Virus record (IMG/VR): IMGVR_UViG_3300044676_005314
Coordinates: 7,807-71,806 of that record
Length of the DNA: 64,000 bases
Strand: one strand, 5' to 3'
Source: a virus
Lineage: Duplodnaviria > Caudoviricetes
Both the position numbers and the translations under genes were made by a program. The notes beneath the pieces were generated by a model. The model did not search any database. It had not been told where the DNA came from and worked only from the letters and a program-made list of their open reading frames with translations. This document shows, in pieces, positions 54,049-62,786 of this stretch. Position 1 is the stretch's first letter. Every line of letters begins with the position of its first letter.

Positions 54049-55282
54049 TAAGTTTCAACAAGCTTTAGAGTTTGCTAAAGCACAACAAGCAAAAATCCCA
54101 AAAAGAGAAGTTCCTAATGGTGTAGAACCGTATGTAGAGTTTGACCAAAATACAGGGGAAGGAACTGTTGCAGCCAATAGAGGAATCAATGAACCTTCAC
54201 CTGCAGAAAACTGGGATAGTTTTCTTTTAGAAAATGGCATAAGTCCCGAACATTTTAAAGTTTTAGACGACACAATGAAGTTTAGAACTTGGGATGGTGT
54301 AGATGGAGAAAAGAAAGTTCATTACACCTGTACAATTGTAGCTCGTATTCCGGGTGTTCTTGATGAAGAACTACAAGAAAGCTTAGTTAAAAAAATAAAT
54401 AAGTTTTCTGCTAAAGCTCCTAAAAAATCAAAAGGCAATGGAGCGTTCGTCACTCTTTTTTCTGACTGGCAAATCGGAAAAAATGAAGGTGGGGGAACAG
54501 AAGCATTAGTCAATAGAGTTGAAGTAGGGGTAGCCGAAACAATACAAAAGTTTAAACAGTATCAATCAATGGGATATAATTTAGATGAAATTGTTATAGG
54601 TTGTATGGGTGATATCGTCGAAGGGTGCGATGGGTTTTACGCACAACAAACCTATTCAGCCGAATACGATGACCGTGCTCAGCAAAAGATAGCAACTGAA
54701 CTTATGTTTGCAAGTATCAAAGAGTTTTCAAGACTTGATGTACCTGTCACAGTAATAAGTGTTCCCGGCAATCACGGAGAAAACAGAAAAAATGGTAAGA
54801 GCTATACAACATTTATGGATAATAAAGATTTAGCTGTTGCTTACTATACAGATTTTGCAATGAGACAAAACCCAAGTTCTTTCAGCCACATTGAACACAT
54901 ATATCCGGAACACTTAGATGACGACATAACTCTTACTTACAACTGTCACGGAAATATATTAGGATTCGTTCACGGCCATCAGTTTAGGTCGGGAGGTGGA
55001 GCCTTTGTTCCTGCTAAAGCTCAAGCTTGGCATAAGAATCAAAAGTATGGTGACTACCATATAGGTTTTGCAAACATTTTAAACTTTGGTCACTTTCATC
55101 ATTACACATTCGTAGAAGACCCACAACAAATTATTGGTGCCCCTGCACTAGATGGTGGTTCTAAATGGATAGAACAAACACACGGCAAATTGACAAAGCC
55201 GGGGATGTTAAGCTACACAGTTGATAAATATGGAGTTAACAATCTATATAAAGCACAGAAAAAGTCTATAAAAGAGTTATAG
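54032..55282 (+). CDS. calcineurin-like metallophosphoesterase / nuclease
   Basis: SDWQIGK, GDIVEG, PGNHG, HGH, GHFHH motifs in order. Confidence 0.88.
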   Translation: MTQKPNKFQQALEFAKAQQAKIPKREVPNGVEPYVEFDQNTGEGTVAANRGINEPSPAENWDSFLLENGISPEHFKVLDDTMKFRTWDGVDGEKKVHYTCTIVARIPGVLDEELQESLVKKINKFSAKAPKKSKGNGAFVTLFSDWQIGKNEGGGTEALVNRVEVGVAETIQKFKQYQSMGYNLDEIVIGCMGDIVEGCDGFYAQQTYSAEYDDRAQQKIATELMFASIKEFSRLDVPVTVISVPGNHGENRKNGKSYTTFMDNKDLAVAYYTDFAMRQNPSSFSHIEHIYPEHLDDDITLTYNCHGNILGFVHGHQFRSGGGAFVPAKAQAWHKNQKYGDYHIGFANILNFGHFHHYTFVEDPQQIIGAPALDGGSKWIEQTHGKLTKPGMLSYTVDKYGVNNLYKAQKKSIKEL

Positions 55283-55323
55283 TATAAAATAGACAATATA
55301 TAAATGTGTAGTACCATATACAT

Positions 55324-56115
55324 ATGGGATATTATTATTTACTAGATAATGAAAATCCATACGCGACAGTAAGAGAGAATAATAAGAAAGGGAACTACTA
55401 CCCATTTAGGGGGAGAGATATACAAGGAATAGTAGTTCACACTGCCGAAGGTGGCAGAGTTGCTAAAAATGTAGCAAAATACCTATCCGAAACAGAAAGA
55501 ACAGCGTCTGCACACGTCGTTGTAGATGATAAAAATATAGTTAATTTATTACCAGATGACTTTACTGCGTTCCACGTTAGAGGACATAACAGTAAATCTT
55601 TAGGATTAGAGTTAGCTTACTATGCTTCCGAATGGGGGCAAGACAAAGAATACGAAGATGCACTCATTACAACTGCGGCCAAGTGGGCTACAGATAAGTG
55701 TGAAGCGTATGAGATACCAGCAAGAAGATTAAATATCAACGAATGGTTAAAAGGTCAAAGAGGATTTATTTCTCACGCTGAACTCGACCCTGTAAGAAGA
55801 ACAGACCCGGGAATAAATTTTCCTTGGGAACAGTTTTTTACATTAATTAAAGGTAAAGCCTACAGAAAAGCACAGCGACAAGCACCAAAATGGAATGGTA
55901 GAATATTAGTGGTACAGTCACCGTACATCAAAGGAGATGATGTTTCTCAGTGGCAAGACTCTGCTGGAGGACTGACGGTTGACGGTATCTATGGAAGAAA
56001 TTCCGCTAAACGATGTAGGGAAATACAAAAATTAGCTGGGCTAGTTCAAGATGGTTTAGTCGGACCACAGACTTGGTACGCAACTTTTGGGCTTCCAGAG
56101 ATAACAGGAGAATAA
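55324..56115 (+). CDS. endolysin: amidase_2 plus peptidoglycan-binding domain
   Basis: GIVVHTAEG, SAHVVVD, AFHV, SLGLE, HAELDP.RRTDPG; DGIYG..S and DGLVGPQTW. Confidence 0.92.
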   Translation: MGYYYLLDNENPYATVRENNKKGNYYPFRGRDIQGIVVHTAEGGRVAKNVAKYLSETERTASAHVVVDDKNIVNLLPDDFTAFHVRGHNSKSLGLELAYYASEWGQDKEYEDALITTAAKWATDKCEAYEIPARRLNINEWLKGQRGFISHAELDPVRRTDPGINFPWEQFFTLIKGKAYRKAQRQAPKWNGRILVVQSPYIKGDDVSQWQDSAGGLTVDGIYGRNSAKRCREIQKLAGLVQDGLVGPQTWYATFGLPEITGE

Positions 56116-56116
56116 G

Positions 56117-56662
56117 ATGGAACTTGAAGTATTAAGAATAAGTTCACAAGCTGACTCTACAAACGGAATATTGTTCGATATCACTGATGGTGTTCGTAAA
56201 TTTCTTTGCTACACAATCGAAGATGAATTCAGAGCAGAAAAAATCAGAGGCGAAACAAGAATTCCAGAAGGTAAGTATAAACTTACTCTTCGTAAAGAAG
56301 GCGGTTATCACAATCGCTACACTGCAAAATATGGTGCTTGGCACCGTGGAATGATTTATGTAAATAATGTTCCAAATTTTGAGTGGATTTTATGGCACAC
56401 GGGAAATACCGACGAATCGACCGCCGGTTGTTTAATTTTGGGTTCTTCTCAAAACGAAAATATAACCAAAAAAGACGGCTTTGTCGGAGCGTCCGTTGTG
56501 GCATATAAAAAGGTTTACCCGGAAATTGCAGATGCAATAGAGTCGGGTGAAGAAGTCACAGTCAATTATGTTGATTATGACTACAGAGAAGGTGGAAAGT
56601 TTCTTTTACCATTGTCACCAAAAACTGGTGCTAGTGGTGGAGGAGTTAAAAAAATACTGTAG
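56117..56662 (+). CDS. DUF5675-family protein (putative cell-wall enzyme)
   Basis: T.G.L....FLCYTIED, RIPEG.Y.L, VPNF..IL.H.GNT...T.GCLILG. Confidence 0.8.
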   Translation: MELEVLRISSQADSTNGILFDITDGVRKFLCYTIEDEFRAEKIRGETRIPEGKYKLTLRKEGGYHNRYTAKYGAWHRGMIYVNNVPNFEWILWHTGNTDESTAGCLILGSSQNENITKKDGFVGASVVAYKKVYPEIADAIESGEEVTVNYVDYDYREGGKFLLPLSPKTGASGGGVKKIL

Positions 56663-56672
56663 GAGGTATTAA

Positions 56673-56885
56673 ATGCCAGATTACTGGAGAACAGCTCTAA
56701 TTAGAGCAGCAAGAACTGCAGCACAAACTTTTGTGGCTGTGATGATGGCTAACCAAGCTGGAATGTTCGAGGCAGATGTTATTATGGCTGCAAGCGTAGC
56801 AGCTGCATCAGCACTCGTTTCTGCAATTCAGAATGCATTAGAAGATGCACCATTCCCATTTATGTCTAAGATTCCTAAAGGATAG
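56673..56885 (+). CDS. holin, r1t-like
   Basis: W..A.IRA.RT.AQT..A, two TM segments. Confidence 0.8.
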   Translation: MPDYWRTALIRAARTAAQTFVAVMMANQAGMFEADVIMAASVAAASALVSAIQNALEDAPFPFMSKIPKG

Positions 56886-57019
56886 TCAAGATATAATCGG
56901 TTATAATAGATAGAGATGGTCGGGATATTACCCGACTATTTCTATTTATGGAGGTTATATAAATGATTTGTGGATTATGCAGCGGTGTTTGCTCAAATTG
57001 TCCTATTGGGTCAAAGTAA

Positions 57020-57280
57020 ATGACACAAAGGTTACAAGAAGGTTGGAGCCTGTATTTAAATATAGCTAAGAGAATATTAGCTGTGTTTATAGCACAAAGC
57101 CTATCAATATTAGGTGCCGGTTCGTTAGTAGGTATTGACGTATACCAATCTGCGTTGCTAGCTGGAATAATGGGGGTTGCACACGTCTTAGAGATGTTGG
57201 CAAGAAAATATATAGACGATGGAAAAATTACTTTAGAAGAAGTTAACGAGGTTTTCAATAGCGTTCCTACTAGAAAGTAG
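57020..57280 (+). CDS. second holin-like membrane protein
   Basis: two TM segments, DDGK.T.EE.N tail. Confidence 0.55.
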   Translation: MTQRLQEGWSLYLNIAKRILAVFIAQSLSILGAGSLVGIDVYQSALLAGIMGVAHVLEMLARKYIDDGKITLEEVNEVFNSVPTRK

Positions 57281-57283
57281 TAG

Positions 57284-60046
57284 ATGCTTAGGTCAATTAA
57301 TACATTTCTTAGATTAGCAATTGTTGGATTACTTATATATCCTTTACCTATTGCTATGGCTGACCACGTTCCAACACAACCACCTTATGGTACAAATGCT
57401 AGTGATGATGCTAACGCAGGAACTTTTACTATTGGTATATTAGGTTCAGATGGATTTGAAGATAGTCCACCAGAAAGTTATACAATATTCTTTAGTCAAT
57501 CTAGTGGTGTAACTGAAACAAATAGTTTTTGTGTCACTACTTCTTTTGGACATTCCACAAACACTTGGCAGTATCACACATTTAGTCTCGACAACTTAAA
57601 GTATTATTTTAATAACCCATCAGGAACAAATATTTATTATAGAGTTAGGTCTAACAACATAACTGATTACAGTTTTTCTACATTAACAGACCAAAATACT
57701 TGGAATTTATATGCAGGTACACCATTTGATTATAACCAAACAAATTGGTCTGCACCAACAGGAGATAATGCTTGTGATGACCCAAAGATACTTGATGGTA
57801 TAGGTGACCCAAGTAACTTAACTACTTCAGCTAATTTACACGATGGAAGTATAACTATTGACTGGGACGCAGCACCAGACAGATATGAATATAGTGCAGA
57901 ACGATACGCGATAGGTTTCGACAAAGCAAATCCACCTATGTATGGTGTAGCGACAGGTAATGTTGGCGATAGTAATGCTTTAAATACAGAATACACTTTT
58001 AGTAAGTCTTACTTAGAATCAGCTCTTAGTGCGACAGTTGGAGACACTATATACTTTAAAATAAGGTCAGACAACGATACAAACTCTAAATACTCTAATT
58101 GGACTTCTATAGCTAGTTATACGATACAAGATGTAGCTAGTGGTGTTACTAATTTATCTATTTCTAATACTGAGTATCAAGGTTTAGATTTTAGTTGGAC
58201 ACAACCCAATACAGGTTGGTCAGCAGTAGAGTCTTATAAAATTGAATATAAACTATCTAGCGAAGAAACATACACAAGTATTGATATTGCAGACGCTAGT
58301 GCTACTTCTTACACAATAGAAGACATAGCAGCAGGAACTTATGATTTTGTTGTTTATTCTTGCACACAGAGTGGTAGTTATTGTCACGGAGGTCAAGCAG
58401 GTCCAGTAACTAATTATGAAGTAGTATCTACTACTGCTACAACAACTATTGTTTATACTTTAGGACCACCTATGAATACTACTGCTACTAATGAATATAA
58501 CTCTGGTGTAAAAGTAGATTGGGAAGCACCTAATACAGGAAATGCAACTGCTGATACTTATGAACTATATTACAGAACAAGTCCTACAGATGAAGTAGTG
58601 ATTTACAATATAAGCAATACTGAATATACTATTCCTTATGCAAACATTTCTAATGGAACTTACACCTTTTCAATTAGAGCTTATGACTCTGTCAATAATG
58701 TTTATAGTGGTTACTCTACTGAGCCTACGCTAGCAGTATTCAATAAAAAAGCCCAAGATGACTCAGATGCAGCAGCCCAAGCAGCTTATGAAGCCGAACA
58801 AGCCCGTATAGCCGAAGAGGAGCGTAAAGCTGAGGAAGCTCGTAAGGCTGAGGAAGATAGAATAGCTAAAGAAAAAGCTGAGGAAGAAGCTCGTATTGAG
58901 GCAGAGCGTAAAGCTGAAGAAGAGCGTTTAGCTGAAGAAGAGCGTCTTCGTTTAAAAGAGGAAGCTAGAATCAAAGCTGAAAAAGAAGAGTTAGCTCGTC
59001 TCGAGGCTGAAGCAGAAGCTAAGATACAAGCTGAACTAGAAGCATCTATACTTAAAGATGTAGATACTGATAATTTATCAGACGATGAAAAAGAAGATTT
59101 AAAAGTATTAGTTGATACGATACAAGAGTTACAAGAAACATTAGAGGTTATTGAATATGAAGAAGAAATTTTTGAGTTGGAAGAAATTGTTATTGTTGCT
59201 CCTAGTACCACAACTACTACTACAACAACGCTCCCAATTAAAGAAGATTTTGCTGATGAAGAAACCGAACTTGATGAAGTGGAGATTGAGCCACTACCTA
59301 GTGAGGAAAGAGATACAGAGATACAACTTACAGAAGAAGAAGTAGAAATTCTCGTTGAGGAAACTGAAGAAGCTATCGCAGAAGTTATTACTATTGAGAT
59401 AGTAGAAGAGGAGCCTATCGATACCGAAGGTTTAACAGAGGAGGAAGTCGTTGAAGCAGAAGAAAAAGCTGACCAAGAGCTTACAGAAAAAGTTGAAGCA
59501 GCCGTTAAAGAATTACCTACAGAAGAAAAGGTTAAAGTTGTACAAGCCGTTGCAAAAACCAAGATACAGAACTTAGGTACTGCTGATAAAACTACACAAA
59601 AGGTAGTTCAAGCTGTTGTTAAAGAAGTAACTAAAGTCGAAACAGTTGCTACTTTATCTGAGGAACAAAAGACAGAAGTTGGTCAAGTATTAGGTTTTAC
59701 CGAAGAAGAGGCCTCTGAAGACCTTACAATCATTGCAGAACAAGCATCTAAAGATGAGAATACAGCACAAGCATTAGACGAGTTTGTTGAAAGGTCAATT
59801 GCAAGTTCTGATGTAGAAAACTTTACACTTGCTGATGTAGTTACAGAGGTACAAATAGAGGCGTTTATCAGCGACCCTATAGGTGCTATAATAGATGTAG
59901 ATTTAGAAAGTATTGACTTTGCGACTATAGGTCAAGATATGACCCAAGACCAAAGGCAAAAATCTAAAGAAGTAGTAGTTCCAGTGATTATTGCTTCGCA
60001 AATAGTTGCACAGGCAGGTGCACTCATAACTAGGAGACCATTTTGA
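57284..60046 (+). CDS. large membrane-anchored/exported protein with FN3-like repeats, E/A/R coiled coil and acidic stalk
   Basis: N-terminal signal, W..P...Y...Y repeats, AEEER coil, hydrophobic C-terminus VVVPVIIASQIV. Confidence 0.8.
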   Translation: MLRSINTFLRLAIVGLLIYPLPIAMADHVPTQPPYGTNASDDANAGTFTIGILGSDGFEDSPPESYTIFFSQSSGVTETNSFCVTTSFGHSTNTWQYHTFSLDNLKYYFNNPSGTNIYYRVRSNNITDYSFSTLTDQNTWNLYAGTPFDYNQTNWSAPTGDNACDDPKILDGIGDPSNLTTSANLHDGSITIDWDAAPDRYEYSAERYAIGFDKANPPMYGVATGNVGDSNALNTEYTFSKSYLESALSATVGDTIYFKIRSDNDTNSKYSNWTSIASYTIQDVASGVTNLSISNTEYQGLDFSWTQPNTGWSAVESYKIEYKLSSEETYTSIDIADASATSYTIEDIAAGTYDFVVYSCTQSGSYCHGGQAGPVTNYEVVSTTATTTIVYTLGPPMNTTATNEYNSGVKVDWEAPNTGNATADTYELYYRTSPTDEVVIYNISNTEYTIPYANISNGTYTFSIRAYDSVNNVYSGYSTEPTLAVFNKKAQDDSDAAAQAAYEAEQARIAEEERKAEEARKAEEDRIAKEKAEEEARIEAERKAEEERLAEEERLRLKEEARIKAEKEELARLEAEAEAKIQAELEASILKDVDTDNLSDDEKEDLKVLVDTIQELQETLEVIEYEEEIFELEEIVIVAPSTTTTTTTTLPIKEDFADEETELDEVEIEPLPSEERDTEIQLTEEEVEILVEETEEAIAEVITIEIVEEEPIDTEGLTEEEVVEAEEKADQELTEKVEAAVKELPTEEKVKVVQAVAKTKIQNLGTADKTTQKVVQAVVKEVTKVETVATLSEEQKTEVGQVLGFTEEEASEDLTIIAEQASKDENTAQALDEFVERSIASSDVENFTLADVVTEVQIEAFISDPIGAIIDVDLESIDFATIGQDMTQDQRQKSKEVVVPVIIASQIVAQAGALITRRPF

Positions 60047-60240
60047 AAGTAATTAAAAAAATGGTGGGAGTAGGCGACTGGATTATTGACGTTATAAAAG
60101 AGTCAATAGCACAGATTTTCACCCTCCTTGGGTTTTACATTGCTTGGTTCACATTGACCGGAACCGCCCAAGACATAGTAGGTATAGCAATAGTTATATC
60201 TACGGTAATATGGCTTTTAACAATAAGACTTAGAGATTAA
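60043..60240 (+). CDS. small two-TM membrane protein
   Basis: TTGA overlap, hydrophobic. Confidence 0.65.
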   Translation: MKVIKKMVGVGDWIIDVIKESIAQIFTLLGFYIAWFTLTGTAQDIVGIAIVISTVIWLLTIRLRD

Positions 60241-60342
60241 GGTATAATAAAGTATGTGTTATATAAATCAAAAAGAAGATGGTTCATTCATACAGATATG
60301 CAATTGCAAGTATGGTAGTGAGCATTGTGAGGATAGAAACTA

Positions 60343-60534
60343 ATGTCTAGTTCAAGTAATAGTAATGGTTTAACACAAAAAGAAATGTTGATGATGGTTT
60401 TAGAAGGACAGGAAAAAATTAATGAGCGTATTGACTCGCTCCACGAAAAAGTCAACGCAAAGATTTCAAGACAGGAACTCGCAGGATGGGTTGTCGTTGT
60501 AGGCACACTCTCCGCACTATCAACTCAAATGTAA
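60343..60534 (+). CDS. coiled coil plus C-terminal TM protein
   Basis: sequence pattern. Confidence 0.6.
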   Translation: MSSSSNSNGLTQKEMLMMVLEGQEKINERIDSLHEKVNAKISRQELAGWVVVVGTLSALSTQM

Positions 60535-60558
60535 TCAGTCGCCTCGAAAGGAGGTATT

Positions 60559-60699
60559 ATGACAGAAATCATATTAGTATTAACAGTCTCACTTATATCT
60601 ATTGGTCTTCTTATATGGGTAGGTGTAATGAGCAACAAATTTTTTAAGTATTTTAAAGAGATAGCACAGGAAATTTATAATGAGCAGAAAAAAAATTAA
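60559..60699 (+). CDS. 46-aa single-TM protein
   Basis: AAGGAGG RBS; hand translation. Confidence 0.6.
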   Translation: MTEIILVLTVSLISIGLLIWVGVMSNKFFKYFKEIAQEIYNEQKKN

Positions 60700-60853
60700 T
60701 AGATGTGATGAGTGTAAACAGCCACTCAAACACATACAGACAAATCAATGGATGTGTGACCAATCACCAAGTAATTGTATATTATCGTTAAAAATTTTGT
60801 TTTTAAACAACCCGGAAGATGAAGAAGAATGAGCCAATGGATAATTATGTTAT

Positions 60854-61039
60854 TTGCAGTTACGTTGCTTTATGTATCTGCTTATATTGGTTCTTCAAAA
60901 TGATGCAGGAGTGAGTCCTCCTTGCCCCATATGTCAGTCAGTTCTATTCGAAAGACACGCAGGACTTTACTGCTATAATGCAAAGTGTCCAGCATTTAGC
61001 CAAAAAGTAGTGGCTTGTTGTGAAGGAGGGGCGTGTTAA
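60854..61039 (+). CDS. small zinc-ribbon protein (start uncertain)
   Basis: CPIC...C..AKCP...CCEG. Confidence 0.55.
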   Translation: MQLRCFMYLLILVLQNDAGVSPPCPICQSVLFERHAGLYCYNAKCPAFSQKVVACCEGGAC

Positions 61040-61899
61040 AAACAATATTTGTAAAAATACCATCATTAGATGATAAAGAGTTAGTACCTACATTAAAAGA
61101 TTGCTTAAACAAAGCAGAGCATCCAGAAAGAGTTTATATAGCCGTATCTTTAATTTATAAAGATAGAAAAAGCTTAGACGAATTAATGATTTTTAAATCT
61201 CAATATGCAAACGCAAATGTAAAAATAGTTACTAGAGAGTTTGATATAAATTATATGGGTGTAGGCAAACAGCGAAAATTGGTTGGTGATATGTATGATA
61301 GTCAAGATTATGTATTGCAAATAGATTCTCATACTTGGTTTTGTAAGAATTGGGATACTAAACTTATAGACCTACACGATGGTGATGACAAAACAATTCT
61401 TACAGCTTACGCAGGGCAATATGGTTATGTAGATGGAATTAGAAAACCAATTGGAGATGGTAAGTTTAGATACACAACAATAGTAGAAGGTGATAGACAG
61501 TTCACACAGTTTACAGATGCTTGGGTAGATGAACCTATATACGATGATGATAGAGAATTTATACCTATCTCTAAGTTTTGTGCAAATTTTGCTTTTGGTA
61601 CTAAAGAGTGGGCTTTAAAAACAGGTTTAGTAGCTGAGTCAATTTTTTGGAGTGAAGAGCCTTTGCAAACAGAATATCTTAAAATAAATAAATTTAATTT
61701 ATTATATCCAAATATAGATGAACCAATTATATGTCATTTATATGCTCAACACATAACAGAGCAAAGTAGAAGAGAACCTTACACAAATTACCTAACAGTA
61801 GAGGAACACGAATATTTAGACCATTACGATAGTGAGGTGTATCACGGGCATATGAACCGAATAAAAAACTATACGCATATACAAGAATCTAGGAGGTGA
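61033..61899 (+). CDS. Gnt1/GT60-like glycosyltransferase (hydroxyproline O-GlcNAc transferase family)
   Basis: IFV.I.S.DD.EL..T.......A..PE.VYI.V; Y.LQIDSH..F..NWD..LI; NF.FG, EE and I.HLY motifs. Confidence 0.85.
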   Translation: MLKTIFVKIPSLDDKELVPTLKDCLNKAEHPERVYIAVSLIYKDRKSLDELMIFKSQYANANVKIVTREFDINYMGVGKQRKLVGDMYDSQDYVLQIDSHTWFCKNWDTKLIDLHDGDDKTILTAYAGQYGYVDGIRKPIGDGKFRYTTIVEGDRQFTQFTDAWVDEPIYDDDREFIPISKFCANFAFGTKEWALKTGLVAESIFWSEEPLQTEYLKINKFNLLYPNIDEPIICHLYAQHITEQSRREPYTNYLTVEEHEYLDHYDSEVYHGHMNRIKNYTHIQESRR

Positions 61900-61901
61900 T
61901 T

Positions 61902-61964
61902 GTGCCGTATCATAGAGGTAAGAAAAAGCCAAAGTCAAATGGTAAAAAACCTAAAAAAAGGTAA
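61902..61964 (+). CDS. 20-aa basic peptide MPYHRGKKKPKSNGKKPKKR
   Basis: AGGAGG RBS before GTG; terminator follows. Confidence 0.5.
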   Translation: MPYHRGKKKPKSNGKKPKKR

Positions 61965-61971
61965 ATGAGTA

Positions 61972-61998
61972 AGGCCCCTTCACAATAGGGGCCCTATT
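61972..61998 (+). terminator. hairpin terminator
   Basis: AGGCCCCT / AGGGGCCC stem. Confidence 0.6.
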
Positions 61999-62057
61999 CT
62001 TACTATGACACGAGACCATAGATGATTACCCTAATATTATAAGGCTATAATGAATAT

Positions 62058-62387
62058 ATGTTTTACTATAAAGTAGATGTTTTAAGGATTGTAGATGGAG
62101 ATACGGTAGATGTTAGAATTGATTTGGGTTTTAATGTGTGGCATAAATGTCGTGTACGACTCTTGGGCATTAATGCTCCAGAATCACGAACAAGAGATTT
62201 GGAAGAGAAAAAACGAGGGCTTGCTGCGAAACAGTGGCTTATTGATAAAGTAGAGTTCAAAGATGTGGAAATGCAATCTCACGGAACAGGTAAGTACGGT
62301 AGAGTACTAGGTGAATTATTTGTCGAAGGTGTAAATATAAATAAACTTATGGTCAAAGAAGGCCACGCTGAAGAATATAATGTTTAA
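62058..62387 (+). CDS. SNase-like (thermonuclease) protein, leaderless
   Basis: RIVDGDT.D...DLGF....RVRL.GI.APE; GKYGR.LG; TATAAT 6 nt before ATG. Confidence 0.92.
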   Translation: MFYYKVDVLRIVDGDTVDVRIDLGFNVWHKCRVRLLGINAPESRTRDLEEKKRGLAAKQWLIDKVEFKDVEMQSHGTGKYGRVLGELFVEGVNINKLMVKEGHAEEYNV

Positions 62388-62772
62388 AAAAATAAAAGAT
62401 AATCTAGGTTTAATAGCAACAGCTATAGCTCTTATGGGTTCTGTTGGTGCAGGTTTATCTACTGCTGGAGACATAGTCAATACACTACAAAACATTGATG
62501 ACAGAATGAATCAAGTTGAAGTAGATTTTGAAATGCTTAAAGATAGCACAATGGTACAAGGCGATATAGCTGTACTGTTTGAAAAAGTGCAGAAACTAGA
62601 AATAGATAATGATACTAACCAATATGTTCAAATTCAAAAATGGGAATGGGACGATATGAAAACACAAGTTATTCGTCTTGAATCACAACTTATGGACCAA
62701 GAACAAGATTTAATGGTAGTCAGAGAAATACAAACTAGATTAGCTTGGATAGAAGCTAATTGCTGTCGATAG
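62380..62772 (+). CDS. N-terminal TM plus coiled-coil protein
   Basis: LGLIATAIALMGSVGAG then heptad repeats. Confidence 0.65.
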   Translation: MFKKIKDNLGLIATAIALMGSVGAGLSTAGDIVNTLQNIDDRMNQVEVDFEMLKDSTMVQGDIAVLFEKVQKLEIDNDTNQYVQIQKWEWDDMKTQVIRLESQLMDQEQDLMVVREIQTRLAWIEANCCR

Positions 62773-62786
62773 CTGATATAAAGAGG

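Noticed and set aside
58786-59562. Long minus-strand Ser-rich ORFs (also 27100, 38403, 40422, 42099, 43154 and similar)
   Set aside because: Antisense shadows of Glu/Ala/Thr-rich plus-strand genes; no RBS or promoter.
62380-62772. Spanin
   Set aside because: TM plus coiled coil fits, but there is no lipoprotein partner and the inferred host is monoderm.
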